A stretch of 64,000 nucleotides of DNA from NCBI RefSeq assembly GCF_041886205.1, contig NZ_CP169029.1. One strand, written 5' to 3'. The notes under the pieces were generated by a model. It did not search any database, was not told the DNA's origin, and was given only the letters and a program-made list of their open reading frames with translations. The stretch comes from Escherichia coli. Lineage in GTDB: Bacteria > Pseudomonadota > Gammaproteobacteria > Enterobacterales > Enterobacteriaceae. How positions within the stretch are numbered: position 1 is the stretch's first letter; each line of letters opens with the position of its first letter. This document shows positions 44,233 through 56,999 of this stretch, piece by piece. Both the position numbers and the translations under genes were made by a program.

Positions 44233-45144
44233 CTATCCTTTAATTTTCGGATCCAGCGCATCGCGTAAACCATCGCCCAACAAATTGAACGCCAGTACGG
44301 TCAGAAAAATAGCCAGGGCCGGAAAAACAGCGACATGCGGCGCGATAACCATATCCGCTCGTGCCTCATTGAGCATTGCTCCCCACTCTGGTGTCGGCGG
44401 CTGCGCACCGAGGCCGAGAAATGACAGGCTGGCGGCAGAGATAATCGAGGTGCCAATGCGCATGGTGAAAAACACCACGATAGACGAGACGGTCCCAGGC
44501 AAGATATGACGCAATAAAATGGTCATATCGCTGGCACCAATACTGCGTGCTGACTCAATAAAGGTTTGCTGTTTCAACACCAGCGTGTTGCCGCGCACCA
44601 GTCGGGCAAACGCGGGGATGGAAAAAATGGCGACTGCGATAATCACGTTAGCAATGCCGCTTCCCAACACCGCAACAACAGCGATCGCCAGTAAAATACC
44701 CGGGAAGGCAAACAGCACATCGCAAATGCGCATGATCAGCCGATCCCACCAGCCTTCATAATATCCAGCCAACAAGCCCAGCAACGTCCCGATCGCCGCA
44801 CCGATAAACACGGCAAACACGCCCGCCGCCAGCGAGATTTGCGCACCAACCAGGACACGGCTGAAAATGTCACGCCCCAGTGAATCGACGCCAAACCAGT
44901 GCTGCAAAGAAGGTCCGTTATTCAGGTTGTCATAATCAAAATAATTTTCGGCGTCATAGGGAGCGATCCAGCGTGCAAAAATGGCCACCACAATCAATAA
45001 AATAACGAATAATGCGGCGGTCATCGCCATATGCTGACGGCGAAATCGTCGCCAGAATTCATGCCACGGTGTACGCACCTGGTCAGGTTTGACCAGTGGC
45101 ATGGCGTTTAACACCGCCTGACGTCGCCAGTTAAATAGTCGCAT
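44233..45144 (-). CDS. gsiD: Glutathione ABC transporter permease GsiD
   Basis: 303-aa membrane ORF; operon order iaaA-gsiABCD. Confidence 0.92.
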   Translation of the reverse strand: MRLFNWRRQAVLNAMPLVKPDQVRTPWHEFWRRFRRQHMAMTAALFVILLIVVAIFARWIAPYDAENYFDYDNLNNGPSLQHWFGVDSLGRDIFSRVLVGAQISLAAGVFAVFIGAAIGTLLGLLAGYYEGWWDRLIMRICDVLFAFPGILLAIAVVAVLGSGIANVIIAVAIFSIPAFARLVRGNTLVLKQQTFIESARSIGASDMTILLRHILPGTVSSIVVFFTMRIGTSIISAASLSFLGLGAQPPTPEWGAMLNEARADMVIAPHVAVFPALAIFLTVLAFNLLGDGLRDALDPKIKG

Positions 45145-45146
45145 CC

Positions 45147-46067
45147 TTACTTGTACCTGATAGCCGGGTTAATGGCGGCGTAAAGCACATCCACCACTAA
45201 GTTGATAAGAATAAATTCCAGCGAGAAAAGCAGAATTTCCGCCTGAATCACCGGGTAATCGCGCATTTCTACGGAGTCAACGAGTAAGCGTCCAAGTCCG
45301 GGCCAGTTGAAAACTTTCTCCACCACGATAGATCCACCGAGCAAAAAGCCAAACTGTAAGCCCATCATGGTCACTACCGGGATCATCGCGTTGCGTAGCC
45401 CGTGTTTGAGGACAACCCAGGTTTCGCTCACCCCTTTCGCCCTCGCGGTACGCATATAATCTTCGCTTAAAACGTCGACAAATGACGCACGGGTAAAGCG
45501 CGCCATCACGGCGGCCACTGCCGCGCCGAGCGTCAGGGAGGGTAAAATGTAGTGCTGCCAACTGTCTGCTCCCACGGTCGGCAGCCAGCCCAGTTCAACG
45601 GAGAATACCTGAATTAAAAGCATCCCCAGAGCAAATGCCGGAAACGAGATCCCCGACACCGCAATGGTCATACTCAATCGATCCGGCCAACGATTACGCC
45701 AGACGGCGGCGATAATTCCCGCCGCCATACCAAATATCACCGCCCAGACCATACTGGTTATGGTCAGCCACAGCGTTGGCATAAAGCGGCTGGCAATCTC
45801 ATCGGCAACCGGACGACGCGACACCATCGACAGGCCAAAATCCCCCTGCACAGCATTGCTGATATAGTGCCAGAACTGGTGATACAGCGGCTGATCCAAC
45901 CCCAGCTGCTGACGCACCAGTTCTATAACCTGCGCATCAGCTTCGGGCCCGGCAATCAATCGCGCCGGATCGCCGGGCAGCATATGGACAAATAAAAACA
46001 CCAGCACCGAGACGATAAACAGCGTCGGAATCAACCCCAGCAAGCGTTTGATAACGTAATTAAGCAT
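45147..46067 (-). CDS. gsiC: Glutathione ABC transporter permease GsiC
   Basis: 306-aa membrane ORF. Confidence 0.92.
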   Translation of the reverse strand: MLNYVIKRLLGLIPTLFIVSVLVFLFVHMLPGDPARLIAGPEADAQVIELVRQQLGLDQPLYHQFWHYISNAVQGDFGLSMVSRRPVADEIASRFMPTLWLTITSMVWAVIFGMAAGIIAAVWRNRWPDRLSMTIAVSGISFPAFALGMLLIQVFSVELGWLPTVGADSWQHYILPSLTLGAAVAAVMARFTRASFVDVLSEDYMRTARAKGVSETWVVLKHGLRNAMIPVVTMMGLQFGFLLGGSIVVEKVFNWPGLGRLLVDSVEMRDYPVIQAEILLFSLEFILINLVVDVLYAAINPAIRYK

Positions 46068-46084
46068 TCCACTCCCTGCGCTGC

Positions 46085-47623
46085 TTATTGCAAATCCGCG
46101 TCTTCAAAGCTAAAGCCGGTGTCTGGCATGATCCAAAAACCGGTCAGGTTTTTACTGTGTGCCGACACCAGTTTTTCTACCACCAGCGGGATCCACGGCG
46201 ACTCTTGCCAGATGATATCCTGCGCCGCCTTATATAAGCGGGTCTTTTCCGCCGGATCATTAGTTTTCAGTGCCTGAGCCAGGAAGTCATCCACCTGTTT
46301 ATTGCTGTAAAACGCGGTATTAAACAGCGTCGGTGGCCAGTTCTGCGAGGCAAACAGCGGCGATAGTGCCCAGTCCGCTTCGCCGGTTGAAGCCGACCAG
46401 CCAGTGTAGAACATCCGCACGCCGCTCTCTTTTTGCCCTTTACCTTCAACTTCTGCCGCCCGCTGTCCGGCATCCATCGCAGTCACCTGGGCTTTAATCC
46501 CGACCTGCGCTAACTGCTGCTGGGTAAATTGCAGCACTTTCTGCGCGGTGCTGTGGTTATGTGACGACCACAGCGTGGTACTGAAACCGTTGGGATATCC
46601 CGCCTCTTTCAGTAATTCGCGCGCTTTCACTGGATCGTAAGGCCACGGTTTATAACTTTGCGCGTAGGCGATACTTGGCGGTACCACACCAGTAGCTGGC
46701 GTTGCATAGCCCGCAAAGGCAACTTTCACCAGCGCCGGACGGTTAATGGCGTAATTCAGCGCCTCACGGACCTTCGGGTTATCGAACGGCTTTTGCGTCA
46801 CGTTCATACTGATATAACGCTGCATAATTGACGGACTGGCCATCAACTCGATATTTTTGTTTTTCTCCAGCAGTGTGGCCTGCTCGTAAGGAATGGGGAA
46901 AGCAAACTGCGCTTCACCGGTTTGCAGCATTGCCGCGCGGGTGTTGTTATCCGCCACCGGACGCCAGGTTATGCTGTCCAGTTTGGGCAATCCTGGCTGC
47001 CAGTAACCCGCGAATTTTTTCACCTTCACAAAATCTGTCTGATTCCAGGTATCCAGTTCATACGGTCCGGTTCCCACCGGATGAAAACCAATCTCCTTGC
47101 CATATTTTTCCAGCGCTGCCGGTGAAATCATCGCGGTCGCCGGATGGGCAAGAATATTAATAAACGCTGAGAACGGCTGTTTGAGGGTAATCTTTACCGT
47201 TGTCGGATCGATCGCTTCCGTTTTGGCAATATTCTTATACAGGTTGTAGCGTTTAAGATGATTCGCCGGATCGCTGGCCCGGTCCAGATTCGCTTTTACC
47301 GCCGCTGCGTTGAAATCGGTGCCATCCTGGAATTTAATGCCTTCCCGCAATTTCACGGTGTATGTAAGGCCGTCATCGGAAACGGTATAACTCTCCGCCA
47401 GCACGTTTTTCAGTTTCATCTCTTTATCCAGACCAAACAGCCCCTGGTAAAACGATTTCGCTACGGCCTGAGATAACGTGTCATTTGCGTCATACGGATC
47501 GAGCGTGGTGAAGTTCGATCCTACCGCTACCACCACATCTTTGGCAGCGAATGCACAAGATGCCATCAACGCTGTCGCAATGCCCAGCGCCACTAACCCA
47601 CTACGGTGTACAGCTCTTGCCAT
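46085..47623 (-). CDS. gsiB: Glutathione-binding periplasmic protein GsiB
   Basis: ORF trimmed to ATG at 47623 (512 aa); signal peptide after [14 protein letters not shown]. Confidence 0.9.
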   Translation of the reverse strand: MARAVHRSGLVALGIATALMASCAFAAKDVVVAVGSNFTTLDPYDANDTLSQAVAKSFYQGLFGLDKEMKLKNVLAESYTVSDDGLTYTVKLREGIKFQDGTDFNAAAVKANLDRASDPANHLKRYNLYKNIAKTEAIDPTTVKITLKQPFSAFINILAHPATAMISPAALEKYGKEIGFHPVGTGPYELDTWNQTDFVKVKKFAGYWQPGLPKLDSITWRPVADNNTRAAMLQTGEAQFAFPIPYEQATLLEKNKNIELMASPSIMQRYISMNVTQKPFDNPKVREALNYAINRPALVKVAFAGYATPATGVVPPSIAYAQSYKPWPYDPVKARELLKEAGYPNGFSTTLWSSHNHSTAQKVLQFTQQQLAQVGIKAQVTAMDAGQRAAEVEGKGQKESGVRMFYTGWSASTGEADWALSPLFASQNWPPTLFNTAFYSNKQVDDFLAQALKTNDPAEKTRLYKAAQDIIWQESPWIPLVVEKLVSAHSKNLTGFWIMPDTGFSFEDADLQ

Positions 47624-47642
47624 TTTATTCTCCGCCTGAATG

Positions 47643-49514
47643 TTATCTACGCATGAATGCGTATTCTGATTGTGGTTGTGCGACGTAATGCCCCGGCCCG
47701 ACGCATTGCAACGAGACGGCTGCCACCTCTTCGCCACGCAGATGAATATTGCTGGGAAGATCGTCCGACAGCAGTACACGCTGCGGTCGTTGTCGGGACG
47801 GTTCAGCGACCGGAACTGCCGCCAGTAATTTACGCGTATAAGGATGCTGCGGGTTTTCGAAGACCGCGCGCCGTGGACCAATTTCAACAATTTGCCCGAG
47901 ATACATCACCGCCACACGATGACTAATCCGCTCTACCACGGCCATATCGTGGGAGATAAACAGATACGCAATGCCGAAATCACGCTGGAGATCGAGCAAC
48001 AAGTTGATAATCTGCCCGCGAATAGAAACATCCAGCGCCGAAACGGCTTCGTCGGCAATGATCACTTTTGGATTCAATGCCAACGCGCGAGCAATGCAGA
48101 TGCGCTGGCGCTGACCGCCGGAAAACTCATGCGGGTAACGCCAGGCATGTTCAGGTAACAGGCCCACGCGCTCCAGCAACCACGCAACGCGTGCAGCCGC
48201 GTCTTTACCTGGCAATAAACCGTGTACACGCAGCGGTTCGATAATCGAATCACCGATGGTCTGACGTGGGTCCAGCGAAGCGTAAGGGTCCTGAAAAATA
48301 AACTGAATATCCCGGCGCAATGCCTGAAGTTTGCCGGGTGACAAGGTATCAATTCTCTGACCGTTAAAGATAATTTCGCCGCCCTGCGATTCGACCAGGC
48401 GCAGCAACGCCCGCCCGGTAGTGGATTTACCGCTGCCAGACTCGCCCACCAGCGATAGCGTTTCGCCAGGCCAGAGATCAAAACTGACTTTCTCAACGGC
48501 ATGCACTTCCCGCGTTACGCGATTCAACAAACCGCTGCGCAAAGGGAAACGGGTGACCAGATTACGCACCCGTAAAACAGGTTCGCCATCCACCACCGTT
48601 TTCTGCTCGATGGGGGGGGCCTGTTTCGCTGGATGTTCAAGCGATATCAATGGGAAACGTCGGGGATAATCTAACCCTTTCATCGCACCAAGTTGCGGAA
48701 CAGCAGCTAACAGCGCACGGGTGTAAGGATGTTGCGGTGCATGAAAAATCTGTTCGACGGTACCCGTTTCCACCGCCTCGCCCTGATACATCACCAGTAC
48801 CCGATCGGCAATCTCTGCCACCACGCCCATATCGTGAGTGATAAAGATAACGCCCATCGACATCTCTTTTTGCAATACTTTGATTAATTGCAGGATCTGC
48901 GCCTGAATAGTGACATCCAGCGCGGTGGTTGGCTCATCGGCAATCAGCACCGCCGGGCGGCATGACAGCGCCATCGCAATCATCACTCGCTGGCGCATCC
49001 CGCCAGAGAGTTGATGCGGATAACGTGAAAGAATGGTTTGTGCCTCCGGAATGCGTACCTGATCCAGCATCCGCTTCGCCTCGACCATCGCTTCTTCACG
49101 ACTGGCGTTCTGATGCAGATGAATTGATTCGGCAATCTGTTCACCCACAGAAAATACCGGGTTCAGCGATGTCATCGGCTCCTGAAATATCATCGCCATA
49201 TCCGCACCGCGCACATGACGCATTTGTGCAGCGCTCTGCTCGCTAAGTTCAATCACATCACGACTGCGCCGCCGCAACAGCATTTTATCGCACTGTACTA
49301 AACCGCCCGCCTGTTCCAACAGACGCATCAATGCCAGCGCAGTCACTGACTTACCGGAGCCGGATTCGCCAACAATTGCCAGCGTCTCACCGCGTTGCAG
49401 ACTAAAAGAGAGATTGCGGACCGCAGCTATTTTCTGCTGGTCCTGCATAAAGGCAATATTCAGATTTTCAACCGCCAGCACATTACCGGCATCAAGTTCA
49501 TCACTGTGTGGCAA
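47643..49514 (-). CDS. gsiA: Glutathione ABC transporter ATP-binding protein GsiA (two nucleotide-binding domains)
   Basis: Two Walker A motifs (GESGSGKS twice) and two LSGG signatures; start set at TTG giving 623 aa (K-12 length), start uncertain (six-frame ORF extends to 49622). Confidence 0.85.
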   Translation of the reverse strand: MPHSDELDAGNVLAVENLNIAFMQDQQKIAAVRNLSFSLQRGETLAIVGESGSGKSVTALALMRLLEQAGGLVQCDKMLLRRRSRDVIELSEQSAAQMRHVRGADMAMIFQEPMTSLNPVFSVGEQIAESIHLHQNASREEAMVEAKRMLDQVRIPEAQTILSRYPHQLSGGMRQRVMIAMALSCRPAVLIADEPTTALDVTIQAQILQLIKVLQKEMSMGVIFITHDMGVVAEIADRVLVMYQGEAVETGTVEQIFHAPQHPYTRALLAAVPQLGAMKGLDYPRRFPLISLEHPAKQAPPIEQKTVVDGEPVLRVRNLVTRFPLRSGLLNRVTREVHAVEKVSFDLWPGETLSLVGESGSGKSTTGRALLRLVESQGGEIIFNGQRIDTLSPGKLQALRRDIQFIFQDPYASLDPRQTIGDSIIEPLRVHGLLPGKDAAARVAWLLERVGLLPEHAWRYPHEFSGGQRQRICIARALALNPKVIIADEAVSALDVSIRGQIINLLLDLQRDFGIAYLFISHDMAVVERISHRVAVMYLGQIVEIGPRRAVFENPQHPYTRKLLAAVPVAEPSRQRPQRVLLSDDLPSNIHLRGEEVAAVSLQCVGPGHYVAQPQSEYAFMRR

Positions 49515-50466
49515 CGGTGTCCCCTTTTTCACGGTAGATACCGGTGGTTGGTGTATCGCCTGCGTAGCCCCAGGCGCGATACATTCCTTCGGTGTTAAAC
49601 GGTAGCGCGACGTTACCTTCATGGTCGATAGCGATTAAGCCACCGCTACCGCCAAGCGCAGGGAGTTTTTCCTTTACTACCCGCTCGCAGGCTTCCGCGA
49701 GACTTAATCCGCCGTAATCCATTAACGCGGCGATGTCATATGCCGCCAGCGCGCGGATGAAGACTTCGCCCGTGCCGGTACAAGAAACCGCCACACTGGC
49801 GTTATTGGCGTAGCATCCGGCCCCCACTAAGGGACTATCGCCAACTCGTCCGGGTAATTTATTGGTCATTCCGCCCGTGGACGTGGCTGCCGCCAGATTA
49901 CCGTCTAAATCCAACGCTACGGCCCCCACGGTGCCCATTTTCTGTTTTTCATCCAGTGGCGCACCGCTATGGTCGAGGACGGTTGCCCCTTCCTCGCGCG
50001 CTGCCAGTAGTTGTTCATAACGCAAAGGCGTGGAGAAAATCTCCGGCGAGACGCGCTCCATGCCATGAGCAAACGCAAAATTTTCTGCCCCTTCGCCAAT
50101 CATCATCACATGCGGGCTTTGCTCCATCACCAGCCGGGCGGCAAGAACCGGATTACGCAGATGACTAACGCCCGCCACCGCACCGGCTTTCAGGGTGTTA
50201 CCATCCATCACACAGGCGTCCAGTTCATGGGTTTCATCACGCGTAAAGACAGCGCCAATTCCGGCGTTAAACAGTGGACACTCTTCCAGCAGACGCACCG
50301 CTTCCGTCACCACATCCAGCGCACTTTCGCCCGCTTCCAGCATTTTCTGCCCGGTTTCAACAATGGCAGACAACGCCTCAATGTAGCGTAATTCCTGTTG
50401 CAGACTCATCTGCGCGCGGCTAATTGCACCTGCGCCACCATGAATTGCAATGACTGCTTTGCCCAT
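49501..50466 (-). CDS. iaaA: Isoaspartyl peptidase / L-asparaginase IaaA
   Basis: 321-aa ORF; Ntn-hydrolase autoprocessing region (GTVGAVA); K-12 length. Confidence 0.92.
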   Translation of the reverse strand: MGKAVIAIHGGAGAISRAQMSLQQELRYIEALSAIVETGQKMLEAGESALDVVTEAVRLLEECPLFNAGIGAVFTRDETHELDACVMDGNTLKAGAVAGVSHLRNPVLAARLVMEQSPHVMMIGEGAENFAFAHGMERVSPEIFSTPLRYEQLLAAREEGATVLDHSGAPLDEKQKMGTVGAVALDLDGNLAAATSTGGMTNKLPGRVGDSPLVGAGCYANNASVAVSCTGTGEVFIRALAAYDIAALMDYGGLSLAEACERVVKEKLPALGGSGGLIAIDHEGNVALPFNTEGMYRAWGYAGDTPTTGIYREKGDTVATQ

Positions 50467-50669
50467 AGTATTCGTCCATTAAGGGTGGCTCGCCACTTTT
50501 GCTATAAATATCAGAATTTTTATGAATTACTCATTCAATTTTTGAATATAGAAAGATGGATATGGCATGTAAAGGCAGGAGCCAACGCTACGCCCGAGGT
50601 GGCATACAGTCTGTGGCGTTTTTCTGACATAATAGGCAAATTCGATTTTGCCTCCGCAGGAGTGTTTTC

Positions 50670-51905
50670 ATGGAATTTACCACCGGATTGATGTCGCTCG
50701 ACACCGCGCTTAATGAGATGCTTTCTCGCGTCACCCCACTGACCGCCCAGGAAACGCTGCCACTGGTACAGTGTTTTGGTCGTATTCTGGCGAGCGATGT
50801 CGTTTCGCCGCTTGATGTTCCAGGGTTTGATAACTCCGCAATGGACGGCTACGCGGTGCGTTTAGCCGATATTGCCTCCGGGCAACCGCTGCCCGTTGCC
50901 GGTAAATCCTTTGCCGGTCAGCCGTATCATGGTGAATGGCCTGCGGGCACCTGCATTCGTATTATGACCGGTGCGCCGGTGCCGGAAGGCTGCGAAGCGG
51001 TGGTGATGCAGGAGCAGACTGAACAAACGGACAATGGCGTGCGTTTTACTGCTGAAGTGCGTAGCGGGCAAAATATTCGCCGTCGCGGTGAAGATATCTC
51101 TGCAGGTGCGGTTGTTTTCCCGGCGGGAACTCGCCTGACTACCGCAGAGCTGCCAGTAATTGCTTCACTGGGGATTGCCGAAGTTCCGGTGATTCGTAAA
51201 GTGCGTGTAGCGCTTTTTTCTACCGGTGATGAACTCCAGTTGCCCGGTCAGCCGCTGGGCGACGGCCAAATCTACGACACCAACCGTCTCGCCGTACACC
51301 TGATGTTAGAACAGCTGGGTTGCGAGGTAATCAACTTAGGGATTATCCGCGACGATCCCCATGCCCTGCGCGCCGCATTTATTGAAGCCGACAGCCAGGC
51401 GGATGTAGTGATCAGTTCCGGCGGTGTTTCAGTGGGTGAAGCGGATTACACCAAAACGATTCTTGAAGAGCTGGGGGAGATCGCCTTCTGGAAGCTGGCG
51501 ATTAAACCAGGTAAACCGTTCGCGTTCGGTAAACTCAGCAATAGCTGGTTCTGCGGCCTGCCGGGCAACCCGGTTTCAGCGACGCTGACCTTCTATCAAC
51601 TGGTACAGCCTTTGCTGGCAAAACTAAGCGGCAACACCGCCAGCGGCCTGCCCGCGCGCCAGCGCGTACGCACAGCGTCCCGCCTGAAAAAAACGCCAGG
51701 ACGTCTTGATTTCCAGCGCGGCGTGCTGCAACGCAACGCCGATGGCGAACTGGAAGTGACGACCACCGGACATCAGGGTTCACATATATTTAGCTCCTTT
51801 AGCCTCGGCAACTGCTTTATCGTGCTGGAACGCGATCGCGGCAATGTGGAAGTGGGCGAATGGGTGGAAGTAGAACCGTTTAACGCGTTGTTCGGAGGCC
51901 TGTAA
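50670..51905 (+). CDS. moeA: Molybdopterin molybdenumtransferase MoeA
   Basis: 411-aa ORF; K-12 length; TAATG overlap with moeB. Confidence 0.95.
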   Translation: MEFTTGLMSLDTALNEMLSRVTPLTAQETLPLVQCFGRILASDVVSPLDVPGFDNSAMDGYAVRLADIASGQPLPVAGKSFAGQPYHGEWPAGTCIRIMTGAPVPEGCEAVVMQEQTEQTDNGVRFTAEVRSGQNIRRRGEDISAGAVVFPAGTRLTTAELPVIASLGIAEVPVIRKVRVALFSTGDELQLPGQPLGDGQIYDTNRLAVHLMLEQLGCEVINLGIIRDDPHALRAAFIEADSQADVVISSGGVSVGEADYTKTILEELGEIAFWKLAIKPGKPFAFGKLSNSWFCGLPGNPVSATLTFYQLVQPLLAKLSGNTASGLPARQRVRTASRLKKTPGRLDFQRGVLQRNADGELEVTTTGHQGSHIFSSFSLGNCFIVLERDRGNVEVGEWVEVEPFNALFGGL

Positions 51906-52654
51906 TGGCGGAACTCAGCGATCAGGAGATGCTGCGCTACAACCGGCAAATCATTCTGCGCGGTTTTGATTTTGACGGTCAGGAGGCGCTAAAAGATTCT
52001 CGTGTGCTGGTAGTCGGCCTCGGTGGACTCGGCTGCGCAGCTTCGCAGTATCTGGCAAGCGCCGGTGTCGGCAACCTGACGCTGCTCGACTTCGACACGG
52101 TTTCGCTCTCGAATCTGCAACGCCAGACACTGCACAGTGATGCCACGGTCGGGCAACCGAAGGTGGAATCCGCCCGTGACGCCCTGACGCGGATCAACCC
52201 ACATATCGCGATTACGCCAGTCAATGCACTGCTAGATGACGCAGAACTTGCAGCATTGATTGCTGAACACGATCTGGTGCTCGACTGTACGGATAACGTT
52301 GCGGTACGTAATCAACTTAACGCAGGCTGTTTTGCCGCGAAGGTGCCGCTGGTTTCCGGCGCGGCAATTCGTATGGAAGGGCAAATCACGGTCTTCACTT
52401 ATCAGGACGGCGAACCGTGCTATCGCTGCCTTAGCCGTTTGTTTGGCGAGAACGCATTAACCTGCGTAGAAGCAGGCGTGATGGCACCGTTGATCGGCGT
52501 AATTGGTTCGTTGCAGGCAATGGAAGCGATCAAACTGCTGGCAGGTTATGGCAAACCGGCCAGCGGGAAAATCGTCATGTACGATGCGATGACCTGTCAG
52601 TTTCGTGAAATGAAACTGATGCGCAATCCGGGGTGTGAGGTGTGCGGGCAGTAA
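51905..52654 (+). CDS. moeB: Molybdopterin-synthase adenylyltransferase MoeB
   Basis: 249-aa ORF; ThiF/MoeB GxGxxG (GLGGLG) and C-terminal CxxC pairs. Confidence 0.95.
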   Translation: MAELSDQEMLRYNRQIILRGFDFDGQEALKDSRVLVVGLGGLGCAASQYLASAGVGNLTLLDFDTVSLSNLQRQTLHSDATVGQPKVESARDALTRINPHIAITPVNALLDDAELAALIAEHDLVLDCTDNVAVRNQLNAGCFAAKVPLVSGAAIRMEGQITVFTYQDGEPCYRCLSRLFGENALTCVEAGVMAPLIGVIGSLQAMEAIKLLAGYGKPASGKIVMYDAMTCQFREMKLMRNPGCEVCGQ

Positions 52655-52729
52655 TTGCCACCTTCAGGCCAGATAAGACGCGGCACTCCGCCACGTCATC
52701 AGCAATTTATGAGGATGCAGAACGTCCGG

Positions 52730-53392
52730 TTAAATCGACGTTCTGCCAAACGCTCCCTGCCAGTCCTGCTCAAACTTCGCCACAGCGGCATCAACCGCCG
52801 GATAGCTAATCATCTGTTGTGCCACATCCAGTGGCAGAGTAATTGATTCACATCCTGCCAGTAAGCAGTCCAGCGCCTGACGCGGGGTTTTGAAACTCGC
52901 GGCTAACACTTTTGCCTGCGGCGCATGCATTTTCAGTAACTGGTGTAAGTCGGTCACAGTTTGAATACCACTACCGCCCTGAGCATCAATACGGTTGACG
53001 TAAGGCGCAACATATTCCGCACCTGCCAGCGCCGACAGCAGCCCTTGTGCTGCGCCATATACCGCGGTTCCCAGCGTCGGAATCCCTTCCGCTTTTAACA
53101 TCTTAATCGCTGCCAGCCCCTCGGCGGTCACCGGAACTTTCACCACGATATCCGCAATAATAGAACGCAATTTACGTGCGTCATTCACCATCCCTTCAGC
53201 AGTGATAGCCATTACCTGGGCAAACAGACGCCCCTGACCGCCCATCGCTTCATGAAGTTCCGGAAGCACAACCTCCAGCGGTTTTTTACCTGCGGCGATA
53301 ATGCTTGGGTTAGTGGTCACGCCCGCCAGCGGAAAAATACGTGACAGCGCCTTCACCGCAACAACGTCTGAAGTATCCAGATACAGTTCCAT
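52730..53392 (-). CDS. fsaA: Fructose-6-phosphate aldolase 1
   Basis: ORF trimmed to ATG at 53392 (220 aa); transaldolase-like sequence. Confidence 0.92.
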   Translation of the reverse strand: MELYLDTSDVVAVKALSRIFPLAGVTTNPSIIAAGKKPLEVVLPELHEAMGGQGRLFAQVMAITAEGMVNDARKLRSIIADIVVKVPVTAEGLAAIKMLKAEGIPTLGTAVYGAAQGLLSALAGAEYVAPYVNRIDAQGGSGIQTVTDLHQLLKMHAPQAKVLAASFKTPRQALDCLLAGCESITLPLDVAQQMISYPAVDAAVAKFEQDWQGAFGRTSI

Positions 53393-53522
53393 AACCATCC
53401 TCAAAATGTACTTTTTGTCTGAATGTAGACTATCACGGGAAAACTCTCTGAACAGTTGACGCACATCAATCTAACTTTCATTCGAAAGTATTTTAATGTT
53501 TGAACGAAACAGAGAGGCAACT

Positions 53523-54422
53523 ATGATTTTCAATATTCAGCGCTACTCGACCCATGATGGCCCCGGTATCCGCACGGTCGTATTTCTTAAAGGCTGTTCG
53601 CTGGGCTGCCGCTGGTGTCAAAACCCGGAAAGCCGCGCCCGCACGCAGGATCTGTTGTATGACGCACGACTGTGTCTGGAAGGCTGCGAGCTGTGCGCTA
53701 AGGCCGCGCCGGAAGTGATTGAGCGCGCGCTGAATGGTTTGCTTATTCATCGGGAAAAGTTAACCCCGGAGCATCTGACGGCGTTAACCGACTGCTGTCC
53801 GACACAGGCATTAACCGTGTGTGGTGAAGTGAAAAGCGTTGAGGAGATCATGACGACCGTTCTGCGCGATAAACCGTTTTACGATCGCAGCGGCGGCGGT
53901 TTAACGCTTTCGGGTGGTGAGCCCTTTATGCAGCCGGAAATGGCGATGGCGCTACTGCAAGCCAGCCACGAGGCAGGCATTCATACTGCGGTAGAAACCT
54001 GTCTGCATGTGCCGTGGAAATATATCGCCCCTTCTCTGCCCTATATCGATCTGTTTCTTGCCGATTTAAAACACGTTGCCGACGCGCCGTTTAAACAGTG
54101 GACCGACGGTAACGCCGCCAGAGTGCTGGATAACCTGAAAAAACTCGCTGCAGCGGGCAAAAAAATCATTATCCGCGTGCCGCTGATTCAGGGCTTTAAT
54201 GCCGACGAAACCTCTGTAAAAGCCATTACCGATTTTGCCGCCGACGAGCTGCACGTTGGCGAAATTCATTTTCTGCCCTACCACACGCTGGGCATCAACA
54301 AATATCACTTACTTAATCTGCCCTATGACGCCCCGGAAAAACCGCTTGATGCGCCAGAACTGCTCGACTTTGCCCAGCAGTATGCCTGCCAGAAAGGGTT
54401 AACCGCGACCTTACGAGGATAA
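53523..54422 (+). CDS. ybiY: Glycyl-radical enzyme activating protein YbiY (radical SAM)
   Basis: ORF trimmed to ATG at 53523; CxxxCxxC (GCSLGCRWC) near N-terminus plus extra Cys cluster; immediately upstream of glycyl-radical enzyme gene. Confidence 0.88.
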
Positions 54423-54427
54423 CAACC

Positions 54428-56860
54428 ATGACCACACTGAAACTGGACACGCTCAGCGACCGCATTAAAGCGCACAAAAATGCGCTGGTGCATATTGTGA
54501 AACCGCCAGTCTGTACCGAGCGCGCGCAGCACTATACCGAGATGTATCAACAACATCTCGATAAGCCGATCCCGGTACGTCGCGCGCTGGCACTGGCGCA
54601 TCACCTGGCGAATCGCACCATCTGGATCAAACACGATGAGTTGATCATTGGCAACCAGGCAAGCGAAGTTCGCGCCGCGCCGATCTTCCCGGAATATACT
54701 GTCTCGTGGATCGAAAAAGAGATTGATGATCTGGCAGATCGTCCCGGTGCTGGCTTTGCGGTGAGCGAAGAGAACAAACGCGTTCTGCATGAAGTGTGCC
54801 CGTGGTGGCGCGGTCAGACCGTACAGGATCGCTGCTACGGCATGTTTACCGATGAGCAAAAAGGTCTGCTGGCGACCGGAATCATTAAAGCGGAAGGCAA
54901 TATGACCTCCGGCGATGCGCACCTGGCGGTGAATTTCCCGCTGCTGCTGGAAAAAGGGCTTGATGGTCTGCGCGAGAAAGTAGCGGAACGTCGCTCGCGC
55001 ATCAACCTGACGATGCTGGAAGATTTACACGGTGAGCAATTCCTGAAAGCGATTGATATCGTGCTGGTGGCAGTCAGTGAACACATTGAACGTTTCGCTG
55101 CCCTGGCGCGTGAAATGGCCGCGACCGAAACCCGCGAAAGCCGTCGCGATGAACTGCTGGCGATGGCAGAAAACTGCGATCTTATCGCCCACCAGCCGCC
55201 GCAGACTTTCTGGCAGGCGCTGCAACTGTGTTACTTCATCCAGTTGATTTTGCAGATCGAATCTAACGGTCACTCAGTATCGTTTGGTCGTATGGACCAG
55301 TATCTCTACCCGTACTATCGCCGCGACGTTGAACTCAACCAGACACTGGATCGCGAACACGCCATCGAATTGCTGCATAGCTGCTGGCTGAAACTGCTGG
55401 AAGTGAACAAGATCCGCTCCGGCTCGCACTCAAAAGCCTCTGCGGGTAGTCCGCTGTATCAGAACGTCACCATTGGCGGGCAAAATCTGGTTGATGGTCA
55501 ACCAATGGACGCGGTGAATCCACTCTCTTACGCGATCCTCGAATCCTGCGGTCGCCTGCGTTCCACTCAGCCTAACCTCAGCGTGCGTTACCACGCGGGA
55601 ATGAGCAACGATTTCCTCGACGCCTGCGTACAGGTGATCCGCTGCGGCTTCGGGATGCCGGCGTTCAACAACGACGAAATCGTGATCCCGGAATTTATTA
55701 AACTCGGTATTGAACCGCAGGACGCTTACGACTATGCAGCAATTGGCTGTATAGAAACCGCCGTCGGTGGCAAATGGGGCTATCGCTGTACCGGCATGAG
55801 CTTTATCAATTTCGCCCGCGTGATGCTGGCGGCGCTGGAAGGCGGTCGTGATGCAACCAGCGGCAAAGTGTTCCTGCCACAAGAAAAAGCGTTGTCGGCA
55901 GGTAACTTTAACAATTTCGATGAAGTAATGGACGCGTGGGATACGCAAATCCGTTACTACACCCGCAAATCAATCGAAATCGAATATGTCGTCGACACCA
56001 TGCTGGAGGAGAACGTACACGATATTCTCTGCTCGGCGCTGGTGGATGACTGTATTGAGCGAGCAAAAAGTATCAAGCAAGGCGGCGCGAAATATGACTG
56101 GGTATCGGGCCTGCAGGTCGGTATTGCCAACCTCGGCAACAGCCTGGCGGCAGTGAAGAAACTGGTGTTTGAACAGGGCGCGATTGGTCAGCAACAGCTG
56201 GCTGCCGCACTGGCGGATGACTTCGACGGCCTGACGCACGAGCAGCTGCGTCAGCGGCTGATTAACGGTGCGCCGAAGTACGGCAACGACGATGATACTG
56301 TCGATACGCTGCTGGCTCGCGCTTATCAGACCTATATCGACGAACTGAAACAGTACCATAACCCGCGCTACGGTCGTGGTCCGGTTGGCGGCAACTATTA
56401 CGCGGGTACGTCGTCTATCTCCGCTAACGTACCGTTTGGCGCGCAAACTATGGCAACGCCAGACGGACGTAAAGCCCACACCCCGCTGGCAGAAGGCGCA
56501 AGCCCGGCCTCCGGTACTGACCATCTTGGCCCTACTGCGGTCATTGGCTCGGTGGGTAAACTGCCTACGGCAGCGATCCTCGGCGGCGTGTTGCTCAACC
56601 AGAAACTGAATCCGGCAACGCTGGAGAACGAATCTGACAAACAGAAACTGATGATCCTGCTCCGTACCTTCTTCGAGGTGCATAAAGGCTGGCATATTCA
56701 GTACAACATCGTTTCCCGCGAGACGCTGCTGGAGGCGAAAAAACATCCCGATCAGTATCGCGATCTGGTAGTGCGTGTCGCGGGCTATTCCGCCTTCTTC
56801 ACCGCGCTCTCTCCTGACGCACAGGACGATATCATCGCCCGTACTGAACATATGCTGTAA
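54428..56860 (+). CDS. ybiW: Glycyl-radical enzyme (pyruvate formate-lyase-like) YbiW
   Basis: 810-aa ORF; C-terminal glycyl-radical motif RVAGYSAFF. Confidence 0.93.
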   Translation: MTTLKLDTLSDRIKAHKNALVHIVKPPVCTERAQHYTEMYQQHLDKPIPVRRALALAHHLANRTIWIKHDELIIGNQASEVRAAPIFPEYTVSWIEKEIDDLADRPGAGFAVSEENKRVLHEVCPWWRGQTVQDRCYGMFTDEQKGLLATGIIKAEGNMTSGDAHLAVNFPLLLEKGLDGLREKVAERRSRINLTMLEDLHGEQFLKAIDIVLVAVSEHIERFAALAREMAATETRESRRDELLAMAENCDLIAHQPPQTFWQALQLCYFIQLILQIESNGHSVSFGRMDQYLYPYYRRDVELNQTLDREHAIELLHSCWLKLLEVNKIRSGSHSKASAGSPLYQNVTIGGQNLVDGQPMDAVNPLSYAILESCGRLRSTQPNLSVRYHAGMSNDFLDACVQVIRCGFGMPAFNNDEIVIPEFIKLGIEPQDAYDYAAIGCIETAVGGKWGYRCTGMSFINFARVMLAALEGGRDATSGKVFLPQEKALSAGNFNNFDEVMDAWDTQIRYYTRKSIEIEYVVDTMLEENVHDILCSALVDDCIERAKSIKQGGAKYDWVSGLQVGIANLGNSLAAVKKLVFEQGAIGQQQLAAALADDFDGLTHEQLRQRLINGAPKYGNDDDTVDTLLARAYQTYIDELKQYHNPRYGRGPVGGNYYAGTSSISANVPFGAQTMATPDGRKAHTPLAEGASPASGTDHLGPTAVIGSVGKLPTAAILGGVLLNQKLNPATLENESDKQKLMILLRTFFEVHKGWHIQYNIVSRETLLEAKKHPDQYRDLVVRVAGYSAFFTALSPDAQDDIIARTEHML

Positions 56861-56999
56861 CCCCCTCAGCCCGGTAACGGTTGTTGCCGGGCGAAAATAC
56901 TCATCCCATCGATATTATTTTAATCCGAAATAAATTTGTGCTCCGCGTCACATTGTCATTACACTGTGGCGGTTTGCATTCATTGTCAGGAGCACATCT

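Noticed and set aside
55970-56851. 293-aa ORF on the minus strand
   Set aside because: Lies entirely antisense within ybiW, whose 810-aa frame has a clear glycyl-radical motif; long antisense ORFs are expected in GC-rich coding DNA.
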